Shown: positions 1-8,187 of the stretch, piece by piece
Position numbering within the stretch: the stretch's first letter is position 1
How the letters are laid out: every line of letters begins with the position of its first letter
Source: Fibrobacterales bacterium
Lineage (GTDB): Bacteria > Fibrobacterota > Fibrobacteria > Fibrobacterales > JAOPTW01
Direction: 5' to 3'
Assembly (NCBI GenBank): GCA_051532055.1
Contig: JAOPTX010000009.1
Span: 1-64,000, forward strand
Length of the DNA stretch: 64,000 bases
Notes under the pieces: generated by a model
Database searches by the model: none
Seen by the model: the letters and a program-made list of their open reading frames with translations, nothing else
What the model was told of the DNA's origin: nothing
Position numbers and translations under genes: made by a program

Positions 1-10
1 TCGGTATGAA

Positions 11-1651
11 TTATGCTGGCTCAAGCTCGAGCATGTCCTCAAGATCTGCTTTTGCAGAGGTTCCAATTAGTTTAAGATTAAAGTTAGCAACTAAGAAATC
101 AAGAACATTTGGTGAGATAAATGCTGGAAGTGTTGGTCCAATTCTCATTCCTTTGATACCGAGGTGGAGAAGTGAAAGAAGTACTACTACTGCTTTCTGT
201 TCGTACCATGAAAGTACAATGTCAAGAGGAAGATCATTGATGTCACATTCAAAAGCATCAGCAAGGGCAAGGGCAATTTTCACTGCAGAGTATGCGTCAT
301 TACATTGTCCGACATCGAGAAGGCGTGGAATGCCACCAATATCACCAAGTTGATCTTGGAGATGGTTAAAGCGAAATTTACCACAAGCAAGAGTAAGGAT
401 TACGGTATCTTTTGGAGACTCCTCAACGAGGTCAGTATAGTAGTTACGTCCTGGTTTTGCACCATCACATCCACCAACAACGAAGAATTTTTTAATAGCT
501 CCAGATTTAACTGCACCAACAATTGTTTCTGCATGGCTGAGTACTGCATCATGTCCAAATCCAGTCATGAGTGGATTGCCTTCGGTTGCAGTAAAGCCGC
601 TTAATGATTTTGCTTTTGCGATAACAACAGAGAAGTCCATGCCATCAACGTGTTGACAACCAGGGTATCCAACAACTGAAGTAGTAAATACCTGTGCTGC
701 ATACGAATCTTTTGGTTCTTGAATACAGTTAGTATTAAAAATAAAGGCAACATCTTGTCCTTCAAATTCTTTACGCTGATTCTGCCATGCGGTACCAAAG
801 TGACCAACGAGAGATTTGTGTGCTTTTAATTTTGGATAGCCATGAGCGGGGAGCATTTCGCCATGAGTATAGACGCTCACGCCAGCTTCATCACATTGTT
901 CAAGAAGTTTGTCGAACATATAAAGGTCATGCCCAGATACAACAATTGACGGTCCGGTAACAAGGTCAGTGCTTACTGAGGTTGGTTCCGGTGTGCCAAA
1001 TGCGTCGATGTGTGCAGTATTAAGGATAGCCATACATGTAATATTTACTTCACCACATTTCATGTTAAGAGCAACGAGCTCTTCCATAGTAATGTCGTTA
1101 CGAGTAGATTCAGTAAGAGCTTCAGCTATGTATGCGAAGATTGATGGGTCAGTAGCGCCAAGAACAGCTGCATGCTCTGCGTATGCTGCAAGGCCTTTAA
1201 TGCCATATATAAGGAGTTGAATAAGAGACTGAAGGTCTTCATCTTCATTCAAAGTATTGATCGCATGTTTTTGTGCTTCAATAAGAAGATCTTGTTGTGC
1301 TACACCTTTTGCACTCCAGCTGATAGTCGAAACTTCTGAACCTTCACGCTCTATTCCTGCAAGCATTGATGCACGGTCGAGCATATTGTCTGATTTGTAC
1401 ACCCAATCAATAACAACTTTTTCGTCAAAGTTTACGTTTGTTACGGTAAGGAAGAGAGCTTCAATAATAAAACGGTCAATTTCTGGGTCTACGTTTCCAT
1501 TTTTGCGTGCTTCAGTTACAAGAAAACTGATACCTTTGACTTGAGCGAGAATAAGGTCAAAAAGATCCGAAACGATAGCTGGCTTTCCACATACCGCTAC
1601 TTTAGAACACCCTACGCCTTTATTTGCTTGTTCACATTGATTACAAAACAT
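11..1651 (-). CDS. hcp: Hybrid cluster protein (hydroxylamine/NO reductase, prismane)
   Basis: N-terminal MFCxQCEQ...C...CGK cubane ligands; SGHDL, YTHGEMLPAH, GCDG, LACGK, GQCND and LSWYEQKA motifs. Confidence 0.96.
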   Translation of the reverse strand: MFCNQCEQANKGVGCSKVAVCGKPAIVSDLFDLILAQVKGISFLVTEARKNGNVDPEIDRFIIEALFLTVTNVNFDEKVVIDWVYKSDNMLDRASMLAGIEREGSEVSTISWSAKGVAQQDLLIEAQKHAINTLNEDEDLQSLIQLLIYGIKGLAAYAEHAAVLGATDPSIFAYIAEALTESTRNDITMEELVALNMKCGEVNITCMAILNTAHIDAFGTPEPTSVSTDLVTGPSIVVSGHDLYMFDKLLEQCDEAGVSVYTHGEMLPAHGYPKLKAHKSLVGHFGTAWQNQRKEFEGQDVAFIFNTNCIQEPKDSYAAQVFTTSVVGYPGCQHVDGMDFSVVIAKAKSLSGFTATEGNPLMTGFGHDAVLSHAETIVGAVKSGAIKKFFVVGGCDGAKPGRNYYTDLVEESPKDTVILTLACGKFRFNHLQDQLGDIGGIPRLLDVGQCNDAYSAVKIALALADAFECDINDLPLDIVLSWYEQKAVVVLLSLLHLGIKGMRIGPTLPAFISPNVLDFLVANFNLKLIGTSAKADLEDMLELEPA

Positions 1652-1706
1652 CTCTACTTCCTTTATTATTAATTGTGCACTTGAGTGCCTTTTGTTATTG
1701 AGACAA

Positions 1707-1748
1707 AGTATAGTAGGTTATTTAATATGCTTCTTTGACATGGGTCAA
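1707..1748 (-). promoter_or_regulatory. hcp promoter: CRP/FNR-family (HcpR-like) box TTGAC-N4-GTCAA plus -10 TATACT
   Basis: Palindrome TTGACATGGGTCAA at 1735-1748; minus-strand TATACT at 1712-1707; box centre about 41-42 bp from the expected start site, i.e. class II CRP/FNR geometry. Confidence 0.7.
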
Positions 1749-1849
1749 GAAAATGTGAGATACGCGATGTTGATTATTTCGTGTGAAACACAGTGTTGAT
1801 TATTAATTGAGTTAATTGGTCCAAAAACAGCACTATTTCTCGATGTGAG

Positions 1850-1964
1850 ATGTCAACAAAGGAGGTTTGATGTCACCAATTATATAGATTTTGTTCTTAT
1901 TTTATAGTAATATCAATCATTGAAGAAGTATATTAAAAGAGGCCTTTAAAAGGATGTCAACAAA
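1850..1964. promoter_or_regulatory. Candidate operator sites ATGTCAACAAA (1850-1860, 1954-1964) and ATGTCACCAA (1870-1879)
   Basis: Identical 11-mer occurs twice, one copy abutting the start codon; the same 11-mer occurs at 21780. Confidence 0.5.
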
Positions 1965-2812
1965 TGGAGTCTAGGAGTAGAGAGAAGGATATATTTGAAT
2001 TTCTTGATTATCAAGAATATCTGAGCTATGTCTACAAAACTCGTAAAAAGGATAAAACCTATTTTACCTATCGCTATATCGCAGGAAAAGTTGGCATCGA
2101 CCATAGTCTGGTTGCTCGAATATTTCAGGGCAAACGACATATTTCAAATAAGAGTATTTGTGCATTCAGTGAGGTATTGAATTTTAGTGAGGAAGAAGCA
2201 GAATATTTCTTTCATTTAGTTAATTACTGTAAATCTGAAAAGCCAGAAGTGATTGAAAAACACTTTGAAAAAATGATGGCTCTTCAGCCTTTTAAAGCGC
2301 AGCTTATTCAAGAATCAGAGTATAAGCTCTTCAAGAATTGGTATGTACAGGCGATACATGCGCTTTTAGAATTTTTCCCTTTTAACGATGATTATCGATC
2401 CCTTGCCCTTAAATTAAGCCCTCAAGTGTCGCTGGCACAGGCTGAAGAAGCTATTACTATTCTTAAAAGCTTAAAATTTATAGAGCGAGATGATGCAGGT
2501 AATTGGCGACCTATTCATGCGGGCTTAACATCAGGTGATCGCTGGAAAAGTGCCGCTATTCATGCATATCATAAAGAAGTTCTTACTATGGCTGCGAATT
2601 CGCTCGAACTTCATAAAAAAAATCAACGTGACTTTTCTTCACTGACTATATCTATTCCTTCTGATTCTATACCTAAAATTAAAGAGGTATTAAAGCAGAC
2701 CCGTGAAAGTATCATTCAAATTTTGGGGGAAAAACCGCCTGAACAAAGTAATGCAGTGTATCAGGTTGCACTTAATCTGTTCCCTATGAGTCGAATAGAG
2801 GAGATCCGTTAG
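1964..2812 (+). CDS. TIGR02147/DUF4423-family HTH protein (cassette 1)
   Basis: IFEFLDYxEYL N-terminus, XRE-like HTH (YRYIAGKVGIDHSLVARIFQGKR), WY..AI segment, C-terminal RDFSSLT...VYQ..LNLFP. Confidence 0.85.
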   Translation: MESRSREKDIFEFLDYQEYLSYVYKTRKKDKTYFTYRYIAGKVGIDHSLVARIFQGKRHISNKSICAFSEVLNFSEEEAEYFFHLVNYCKSEKPEVIEKHFEKMMALQPFKAQLIQESEYKLFKNWYVQAIHALLEFFPFNDDYRSLALKLSPQVSLAQAEEAITILKSLKFIERDDAGNWRPIHAGLTSGDRWKSAAIHAYHKEVLTMAANSLELHKKNQRDFSSLTISIPSDSIPKIKEVLKQTRESIIQILGEKPPEQSNAVYQVALNLFPMSRIEEIR

Positions 2813-2813
2813 T

Positions 2814-4184
2814 ATGAGAGCATGTGGTGTAGCGATGTGGGTATGTTTGAGTGTTCTTATGCTTGGGTGTAGCCTGAGTGAGGATTCGACAACTACAGGG
2901 ACCTTTATTGAAACGACGAATGGTGTTGCTGGTGTTGTGCGGGGGCCTGACTCAGGAGAGGTGTATGGTGCTGAGGTGCGTCTTCGGTCCAAGAAGTATC
3001 TATCATCTCCTTTGACGGTAAATGGTTCTGAGAATTATGATACTAAAACTGATGGAGTTGGATATTTTGCAATTGGGTTAGTTGAGCCAGGAGAATATGT
3101 CCTTGAGATACTCACGAATGATATGCTGGGGGGCAAGAGAAATGTAGTAATAGACGATAATGATCGTGTTGTGGCTGTAAACGAAATGGTCGCTCCATTG
3201 GCGAGGGTCAATGGGACTATAGCTCCTTCAAGAATGGGGGGAGAATCTTCAAACATTTGGATGCAAGTATATGGGCTAGAACGCCTTATTGTTGTGGATA
3301 GTATGGGGAGTTTCACTGTTGTCTTACCTGAAGGCGATTACACCCTTCGTGTGATCTATGGTGACTCGGGCCTTGTGGGGTTTGATTATTCTTCTGTGGT
3401 TGTGACTGCTGGTATGTTGGTAAACCTCGATACTCTTGGTAATGTGTTATTGGGTGGTTCCTTAAGTTCGGTATCTCTTTCAGGTAGTGAGAGTTCTTCG
3501 ATGCATCTCTCCTCGGTAAGTGATAATTTAGGGGGCATTTCTGGGTCGAGTACTGAGCATATAAGTAGCAGTGCGATGTCTAGTATTGCTGGAGATACAT
3601 TATTAGTTCCTGATTACGAGAAAAAAATTGGTAGTGTTTTGGACGGGGAGAGCTTGCTTAATCTTGGAGTTGAGACACAGGTATTTGATCCCAAAGGTGG
3701 TGGGTTCACTGTGCATTTTAGTTTCTCATATTCTCAGCAAGGGCTACAGTATCTTATTATGAAGGGGAATACATTTAGCAGTAATGCGGGATGGAGCTTT
3801 TTTATTGATGTCGATGATAAGCTTTATTGGCGCATAAATCCTTCTGACAATGATGATTATAAAGCAGCGGTCAATTTCCAGTTAACTGAAGATATGCAGC
3901 ATAAAATTCTCACGGTTACCGGTGTTGTAGATAGAGAAATGCAAGAGGTAAGAGCATTTGTCAATGGCTCTTCAGATGGCTGGGAACAAGGTGGAGGAGC
4001 CGTTTCTGGAAGTTCAATTGATGGCTTTCCTCAGGTTAATACTGCTGATAATATTACTGTTGGTGGTTCGCTCCATAGTAAAGAAGAGCCTGGCGAAGGG
4101 CTTTTTAATGGCTATTTTGGGAAAATATCAATCTTCAGAAGGGTACTGACTGTTGAAGAGATTGGGTTACTCGTCGAGGAGTAA
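2814..4184 (+). CDS. Lipoprotein partner of cassette 1: carboxypeptidase-regulatory-like beta domains, Ser-rich linker, C-terminal LamG/ConA-like domain
   Basis: Lipobox LMLG-C; GTFIETTN motif; C-terminal F.G....I.IF.R.LT.EEI LamG-like ending; starts 1 nt after the upstream stop. Confidence 0.75.
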   Translation: MRACGVAMWVCLSVLMLGCSLSEDSTTTGTFIETTNGVAGVVRGPDSGEVYGAEVRLRSKKYLSSPLTVNGSENYDTKTDGVGYFAIGLVEPGEYVLEILTNDMLGGKRNVVIDDNDRVVAVNEMVAPLARVNGTIAPSRMGGESSNIWMQVYGLERLIVVDSMGSFTVVLPEGDYTLRVIYGDSGLVGFDYSSVVVTAGMLVNLDTLGNVLLGGSLSSVSLSGSESSSMHLSSVSDNLGGISGSSTEHISSSAMSSIAGDTLLVPDYEKKIGSVLDGESLLNLGVETQVFDPKGGGFTVHFSFSYSQQGLQYLIMKGNTFSSNAGWSFFIDVDDKLYWRINPSDNDDYKAAVNFQLTEDMQHKILTVTGVVDREMQEVRAFVNGSSDGWEQGGGAVSGSSIDGFPQVNTADNITVGGSLHSKEEPGEGLFNGYFGKISIFRRVLTVEEIGLLVEE

Positions 4185-4212
4185 ATTGATGGGGGCAACC
4201 TGACATACGGAC

Positions 4213-5976
4213 TCACAATTCGAAACAGCTACTCTCCTCAATGGGAAAAGGTGTTTGCACTATTATACTATCTCCAAGAAGCTCTTTGATGCCGCTATTT
4301 ATTGATTGTGCATCCGTTGTGGTGTGAAAGGTGCGCACAGTGTCGTTTGGTGAAAAGAGCGCCTTGTATGCGCTGTCTGAATAAAAAACTAAGGTTGGAA
4401 TGTTGTTCTCTTTTATGCTTTTTTGATAGGCAGATATTGTCTCAGATGATTCATTGTCGATACAATAATAGACGGCAAGTGATAGAGTGTCTGATTGTTC
4501 TGAAAGTTCTGTCGGGTTCTGTATTGGTGTGCCGGTAAATCCCGTTGAGGTTAAATAGAACAGATGTGAATCAAAGGGCATAGCTGTATTGTTAATAATC
4601 CCAAGGGTAAGGGGGGTGGAGCCGAGTGAAGGCGAGAAAATAGTTTCAGGGAGGTCTTTGCTCTCAATGCCAAGATAGTCAACAAAGAATGAAATTTTCT
4701 TAAAGGTGCTTTTAAAGAATGAACCAGGGAAATCTTCTTCGAGTTTAAAACGTGAAAAGAGTTCCCGGGGAATAGTATAGAGAATTTCGTCGGAGCTTCG
4801 ACCTATCCGTGATGCTTTTGCGAATTGATCTGCCAATGTTACAGCGCGGATTAGGGTTGATTGGTCGTGAGGTAAATCGCTATCCGAAAGGTCATTTGCG
4901 GCCTCTTCGAGGGTGAGAATGAGGTCATTGGGCATATTCCATTTAGTAAAGAGTTCTGCCATAAATACATTTTGATCAAGTCTCAAAAGAGATAGCCCGG
5001 ATTCAGCAAAGCTACAGTTGTTTGTCTGGGTGTATTCAATAAGCATTTCGAATATATCTTCAAAGAAACAGTCATAAAGGAGTGATGCATAATCGTGCAG
5101 GAGTCCACATAAGAAAGCAAGCGCCGGGTTAGGGTAATTCGCTCGTTTTGCAAGCTTCTCAGTAAAGAGGGCTGTTGCGAGGCTGTGGTACCAAAACTCG
5201 GTACGATTAAAACCTGGAGTTTTCATCTCTTTAGTGTCGATAAGTTGAATGACTGAAAGCCCTATGGCCACCTGTTGTGTTGCTTCAAATCCAATGCGAA
5301 TAATAGCATCGTGTATTGTTGTTATTTCACGATTTAAACTCGAGAACACAACCGAATTTGAAAGCTTGACAATGGAAGTGGCGATTGATGCATCGGTTGA
5401 TATAACCTGGGCGAGTTCGTGGGCGCTTGATTTGTCTGAGTGTGTAAGATCAACAATCTTTGCGATGGTATTGGGGAACGCCATCAGTTTGCCAACTTCT
5501 TCTATCATGATCCCAATCTTTTCGTGCATTGGTGTTTTAGGGCTGAGTAACATTAACTGATTTTTAGCACTCTGTCCTGTGTGGGTCTCCTGTAGTAGTT
5601 TTTCTACGCTTGGTCCAATGAGTTTTATAAGGGCTTGAAATATACGTGATATTTTAAGGGGGCGTGGATAGTAATTTGTTATACCAACACTACTGTATTG
5701 TTTGCGTTTTGCTATAGATAGTTCATTGCCGTAACAGATGAGAGAGGTGCTGCAAAGCTTTTTATTGTTACGGATCAGATTAACCATGTGGAGTTGTTCC
5801 CGGTCATCCTGTGGTAACTCAAGTAGAATTGCGTCTGGTTTATATTTAAGGAGTTCTAAATAACTCCCTACAAAAGGGGGGAATGATTTTGTTTCGAATT
5901 TGCGTTGAGAAAACGCGGTATCAAAAATCTGCACCTCTTGCTGGTGCGTTCCGATAAAAGCAATTTTTATAGTCAT
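4213..5976 (-). CDS. HDOD-domain signalling protein with N-terminal receiver-like domain
   Basis: D.SIA..IVKLSNS, I.TI.DAIIRIG, FWYHSLATA and AFLCGLLHD HDOD motifs; N-terminal KPDAILL...P.K receiver-like pattern lacking the canonical phospho-Asp. Confidence 0.8.
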   Translation of the reverse strand: MTIKIAFIGTHQQEVQIFDTAFSQRKFETKSFPPFVGSYLELLKYKPDAILLELPQDDREQLHMVNLIRNNKKLCSTSLICYGNELSIAKRKQYSSVGITNYYPRPLKISRIFQALIKLIGPSVEKLLQETHTGQSAKNQLMLLSPKTPMHEKIGIMIEEVGKLMAFPNTIAKIVDLTHSDKSSAHELAQVISTDASIATSIVKLSNSVVFSSLNREITTIHDAIIRIGFEATQQVAIGLSVIQLIDTKEMKTPGFNRTEFWYHSLATALFTEKLAKRANYPNPALAFLCGLLHDYASLLYDCFFEDIFEMLIEYTQTNNCSFAESGLSLLRLDQNVFMAELFTKWNMPNDLILTLEEAANDLSDSDLPHDQSTLIRAVTLADQFAKASRIGRSSDEILYTIPRELFSRFKLEEDFPGSFFKSTFKKISFFVDYLGIESKDLPETIFSPSLGSTPLTLGIINNTAMPFDSHLFYLTSTGFTGTPIQNPTELSEQSDTLSLAVYYCIDNESSETISAYQKSIKENNIPTLVFYSDSAYKALFSPNDTVRTFHTTTDAQSINSGIKELLGDSIIVQTPFPIEESSCFEL

Positions 5977-6189
5977 GTTGAGATTATACCATAAGTTTTG
6001 GAATTTGGGCTACTTTTTGTTTGCATTACATGGGGCATGATTGATGGTTTTGGGTTTAATCCAGTGATTTACTGAAAAGAAGCAATTTTGTTATAAAAAA
6101 CAGCATCTTTCTGAAAGATCGAAATCGAGAAATTGTGTAGTTTTATATTGGGACTCTATTCGGGTATTTATTCTCCAAAGGGCATAATA

Positions 6190-7905
6190 ATGATCAAATG
6201 TGTATGGGCAGCATTATCGTTTTATAATAATTTTTCAACAGCAGCTATAGCGATACTGGTGGGGTTGGTACTTCTTAACTCAAAAAATGTATCTGCGGAA
6301 CAACCTCCAGTTCAATATGTGAAAGGGGCGGCTGAGACAGGAATCTACCGTAATTTATTTGTGGAGTTGGGAATGTCTCAAGAAGAGGTGTCTGTAAAAG
6401 TTACTGCTGCCTATCAACGGCTATTTGAAGGTGATGAAGTATCAGAGACCGTTTATTACGAAGCGGGTGATAGTACTGCTTATATCTTGGATTACTATTC
6501 AAATGATATACGCTCAGAGGGTATGTCCTATGGAATGATGATTGCCGTGCAGATGAATGACCAAATTAAATTTGATAAGCTCTGGAGGTTTGCCAAAACA
6601 TATTCGCAGCATAGCAGTGGAGCGAGTGAAGGGTATTTTTCGTGGCAGCTTGAACCTACCGCACCGTATGCAATGATTGACCCTGGTTCTGCTCCAGATG
6701 GAGAAGAATATTTTATTATGGCTCTTTACTTTGCGGCCCATCGTTGGGGAAATGGTGAGGGTATTTTTAATTATAAAGCAGAAGCAGAAGAGCTCTTGGG
6801 GCATGTGGTAAATAATGATAGGGAAGAGGGCCTCGCAAGTATTTTTAATCTTGAAGAAGGGCAGGTTCGCTTTGCGCCAAATACTGTGGCAGGTGCCTAC
6901 ACAGACCCATCATATCATTTGCCGGGTTTTTATAAATTATGGTATTACTGGGCTGATGAAAATAATGGTTTTTGGGGGGATGTGGCTTTAGTAAGTGAAG
7001 ATTACTTGCCAATGGCACGAAGTGAAACTACTCATTTACCTGCGGAATATATGACCTATGATGGTAAGCCTCAGGTAACAACGTTCAATGAAAATTCTCA
7101 CCTATTTGCGTTTGATTCATGGCGAGTAATTATGAATGTAGCAATGGATTGTCACTGGTTTGGAGTGCAAAATTGGAATAGTGATTATGCTGATAAGTGG
7201 CTTTCATTCTTTTATTCAAAGGGGATCAATGATTATGGGAGTTCTTACACCGAAGAAGGTGAAGTGGTTGCAGCCTACCGGAGCCCAGGACTGATAGCTA
7301 CTAATGGTACCGCGGCCTTATGTACTGAAAACTTTCATGCGCTCGAGTTTACTCAGGAACTGTGGGATATGGAAGTCCCTTCTGGTGAATACCGCTATTA
7401 TAATGGGCTGGTCTATATGTTATCACTCCTCCATGCTGCCGGTGAGTTTAAGGTGTGGGGAGAGGTAATGCAGAAAGTCAGTTCTTCAAGTGAGCCTGAA
7501 GGGGGAGGCAATAGTAGTACTATTGAGATGAGCTCAAGCTCTAGAGAGCGAATATCTATTAGTCTCAATGATGAGCTATCGAGTGAATCAGTAGAAGAGA
7601 GTTCGAATGAGGATAACGAAATGTCCAGTACTGCAGAGATGTCGAGTGAAAAAGAGTCATTGAGTAGTGCGGAAGATGGTTTTTCACCGCTTTTTTCTGT
7701 GCAAAAAAGTGTATTGAGTAATACAACCCTTTTTATAGGTAGTGAGGTACTGAAGCAAGAAATGCCATCAATAAATAATCATTATTCGGTTTACTTACTC
7801 GATGGTGGGGTTATTCAAGAGGGGGCAATTAAAAGTGGTGAAGTGTTGAACGTTTTGCTTCCTCGCTATGTGATAGGAGTGCCGCTCATTCTAGTACTTC
7901 GTTAG
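6190..7905 (+). CDS. Glycoside hydrolase family 8 (xylanase/Rex-like) with Ser-rich linker and C-terminal sorting-like tail
   Basis: RSEGMSYGMM, APDGEEYF, TDPSYHLP, FDSWR and YRYYNG motifs; start moved to ATG 6190 to give a signal peptide. Confidence 0.9.
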   Translation: MIKCVWAALSFYNNFSTAAIAILVGLVLLNSKNVSAEQPPVQYVKGAAETGIYRNLFVELGMSQEEVSVKVTAAYQRLFEGDEVSETVYYEAGDSTAYILDYYSNDIRSEGMSYGMMIAVQMNDQIKFDKLWRFAKTYSQHSSGASEGYFSWQLEPTAPYAMIDPGSAPDGEEYFIMALYFAAHRWGNGEGIFNYKAEAEELLGHVVNNDREEGLASIFNLEEGQVRFAPNTVAGAYTDPSYHLPGFYKLWYYWADENNGFWGDVALVSEDYLPMARSETTHLPAEYMTYDGKPQVTTFNENSHLFAFDSWRVIMNVAMDCHWFGVQNWNSDYADKWLSFFYSKGINDYGSSYTEEGEVVAAYRSPGLIATNGTAALCTENFHALEFTQELWDMEVPSGEYRYYNGLVYMLSLLHAAGEFKVWGEVMQKVSSSSEPEGGGNSSTIEMSSSSRERISISLNDELSSESVEESSNEDNEMSSTAEMSSEKESLSSAEDGFSPLFSVQKSVLSNTTLFIGSEVLKQEMPSINNHYSVYLLDGGVIQEGAIKSGEVLNVLLPRYVIGVPLILVLR

Positions 7906-8003
7906 CATGTACATTACTGCCATAATTTCATGGAGTTAGTATTTTATTTGTGTATACATCCTTTGGAGGCTGAGCCTTGATATAGAGGTCTATCTATCAA
8001 TAT

Positions 8004-8051
8004 ATACTATATGTGGTGTATGATTATTTTTCATCACACTACATATTATGT
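8004..8051 (+). promoter_or_regulatory. Tandem NrdR boxes
   Basis: ATACTATATGTGGTGT (8004-8019) and ACACTACATATTATGT (8036-8051) match acaCwAtATaTwGtgt; 32 bp apart, upstream of the RNR gene. Confidence 0.85.
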
Positions 8052-8187
8052 AGACACGAATGTAAAATAAAACTATACATTGAAAAACCCCGCCATTTTG
8101 GGGAAAGTTTCAACATCATTATTAATAGAAATTGAACTCTACATGTGCGTAGAGTATGGGATCAGTTTCGCAAATTTTAGGAGCACT

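Noticed and set aside
8080..8187. TTG start of the RNR at 8080
   Set aside because: ATG 8188 has an AGGAG RBS; the extension lies in the promoter/leader region just downstream of the NrdR boxes.
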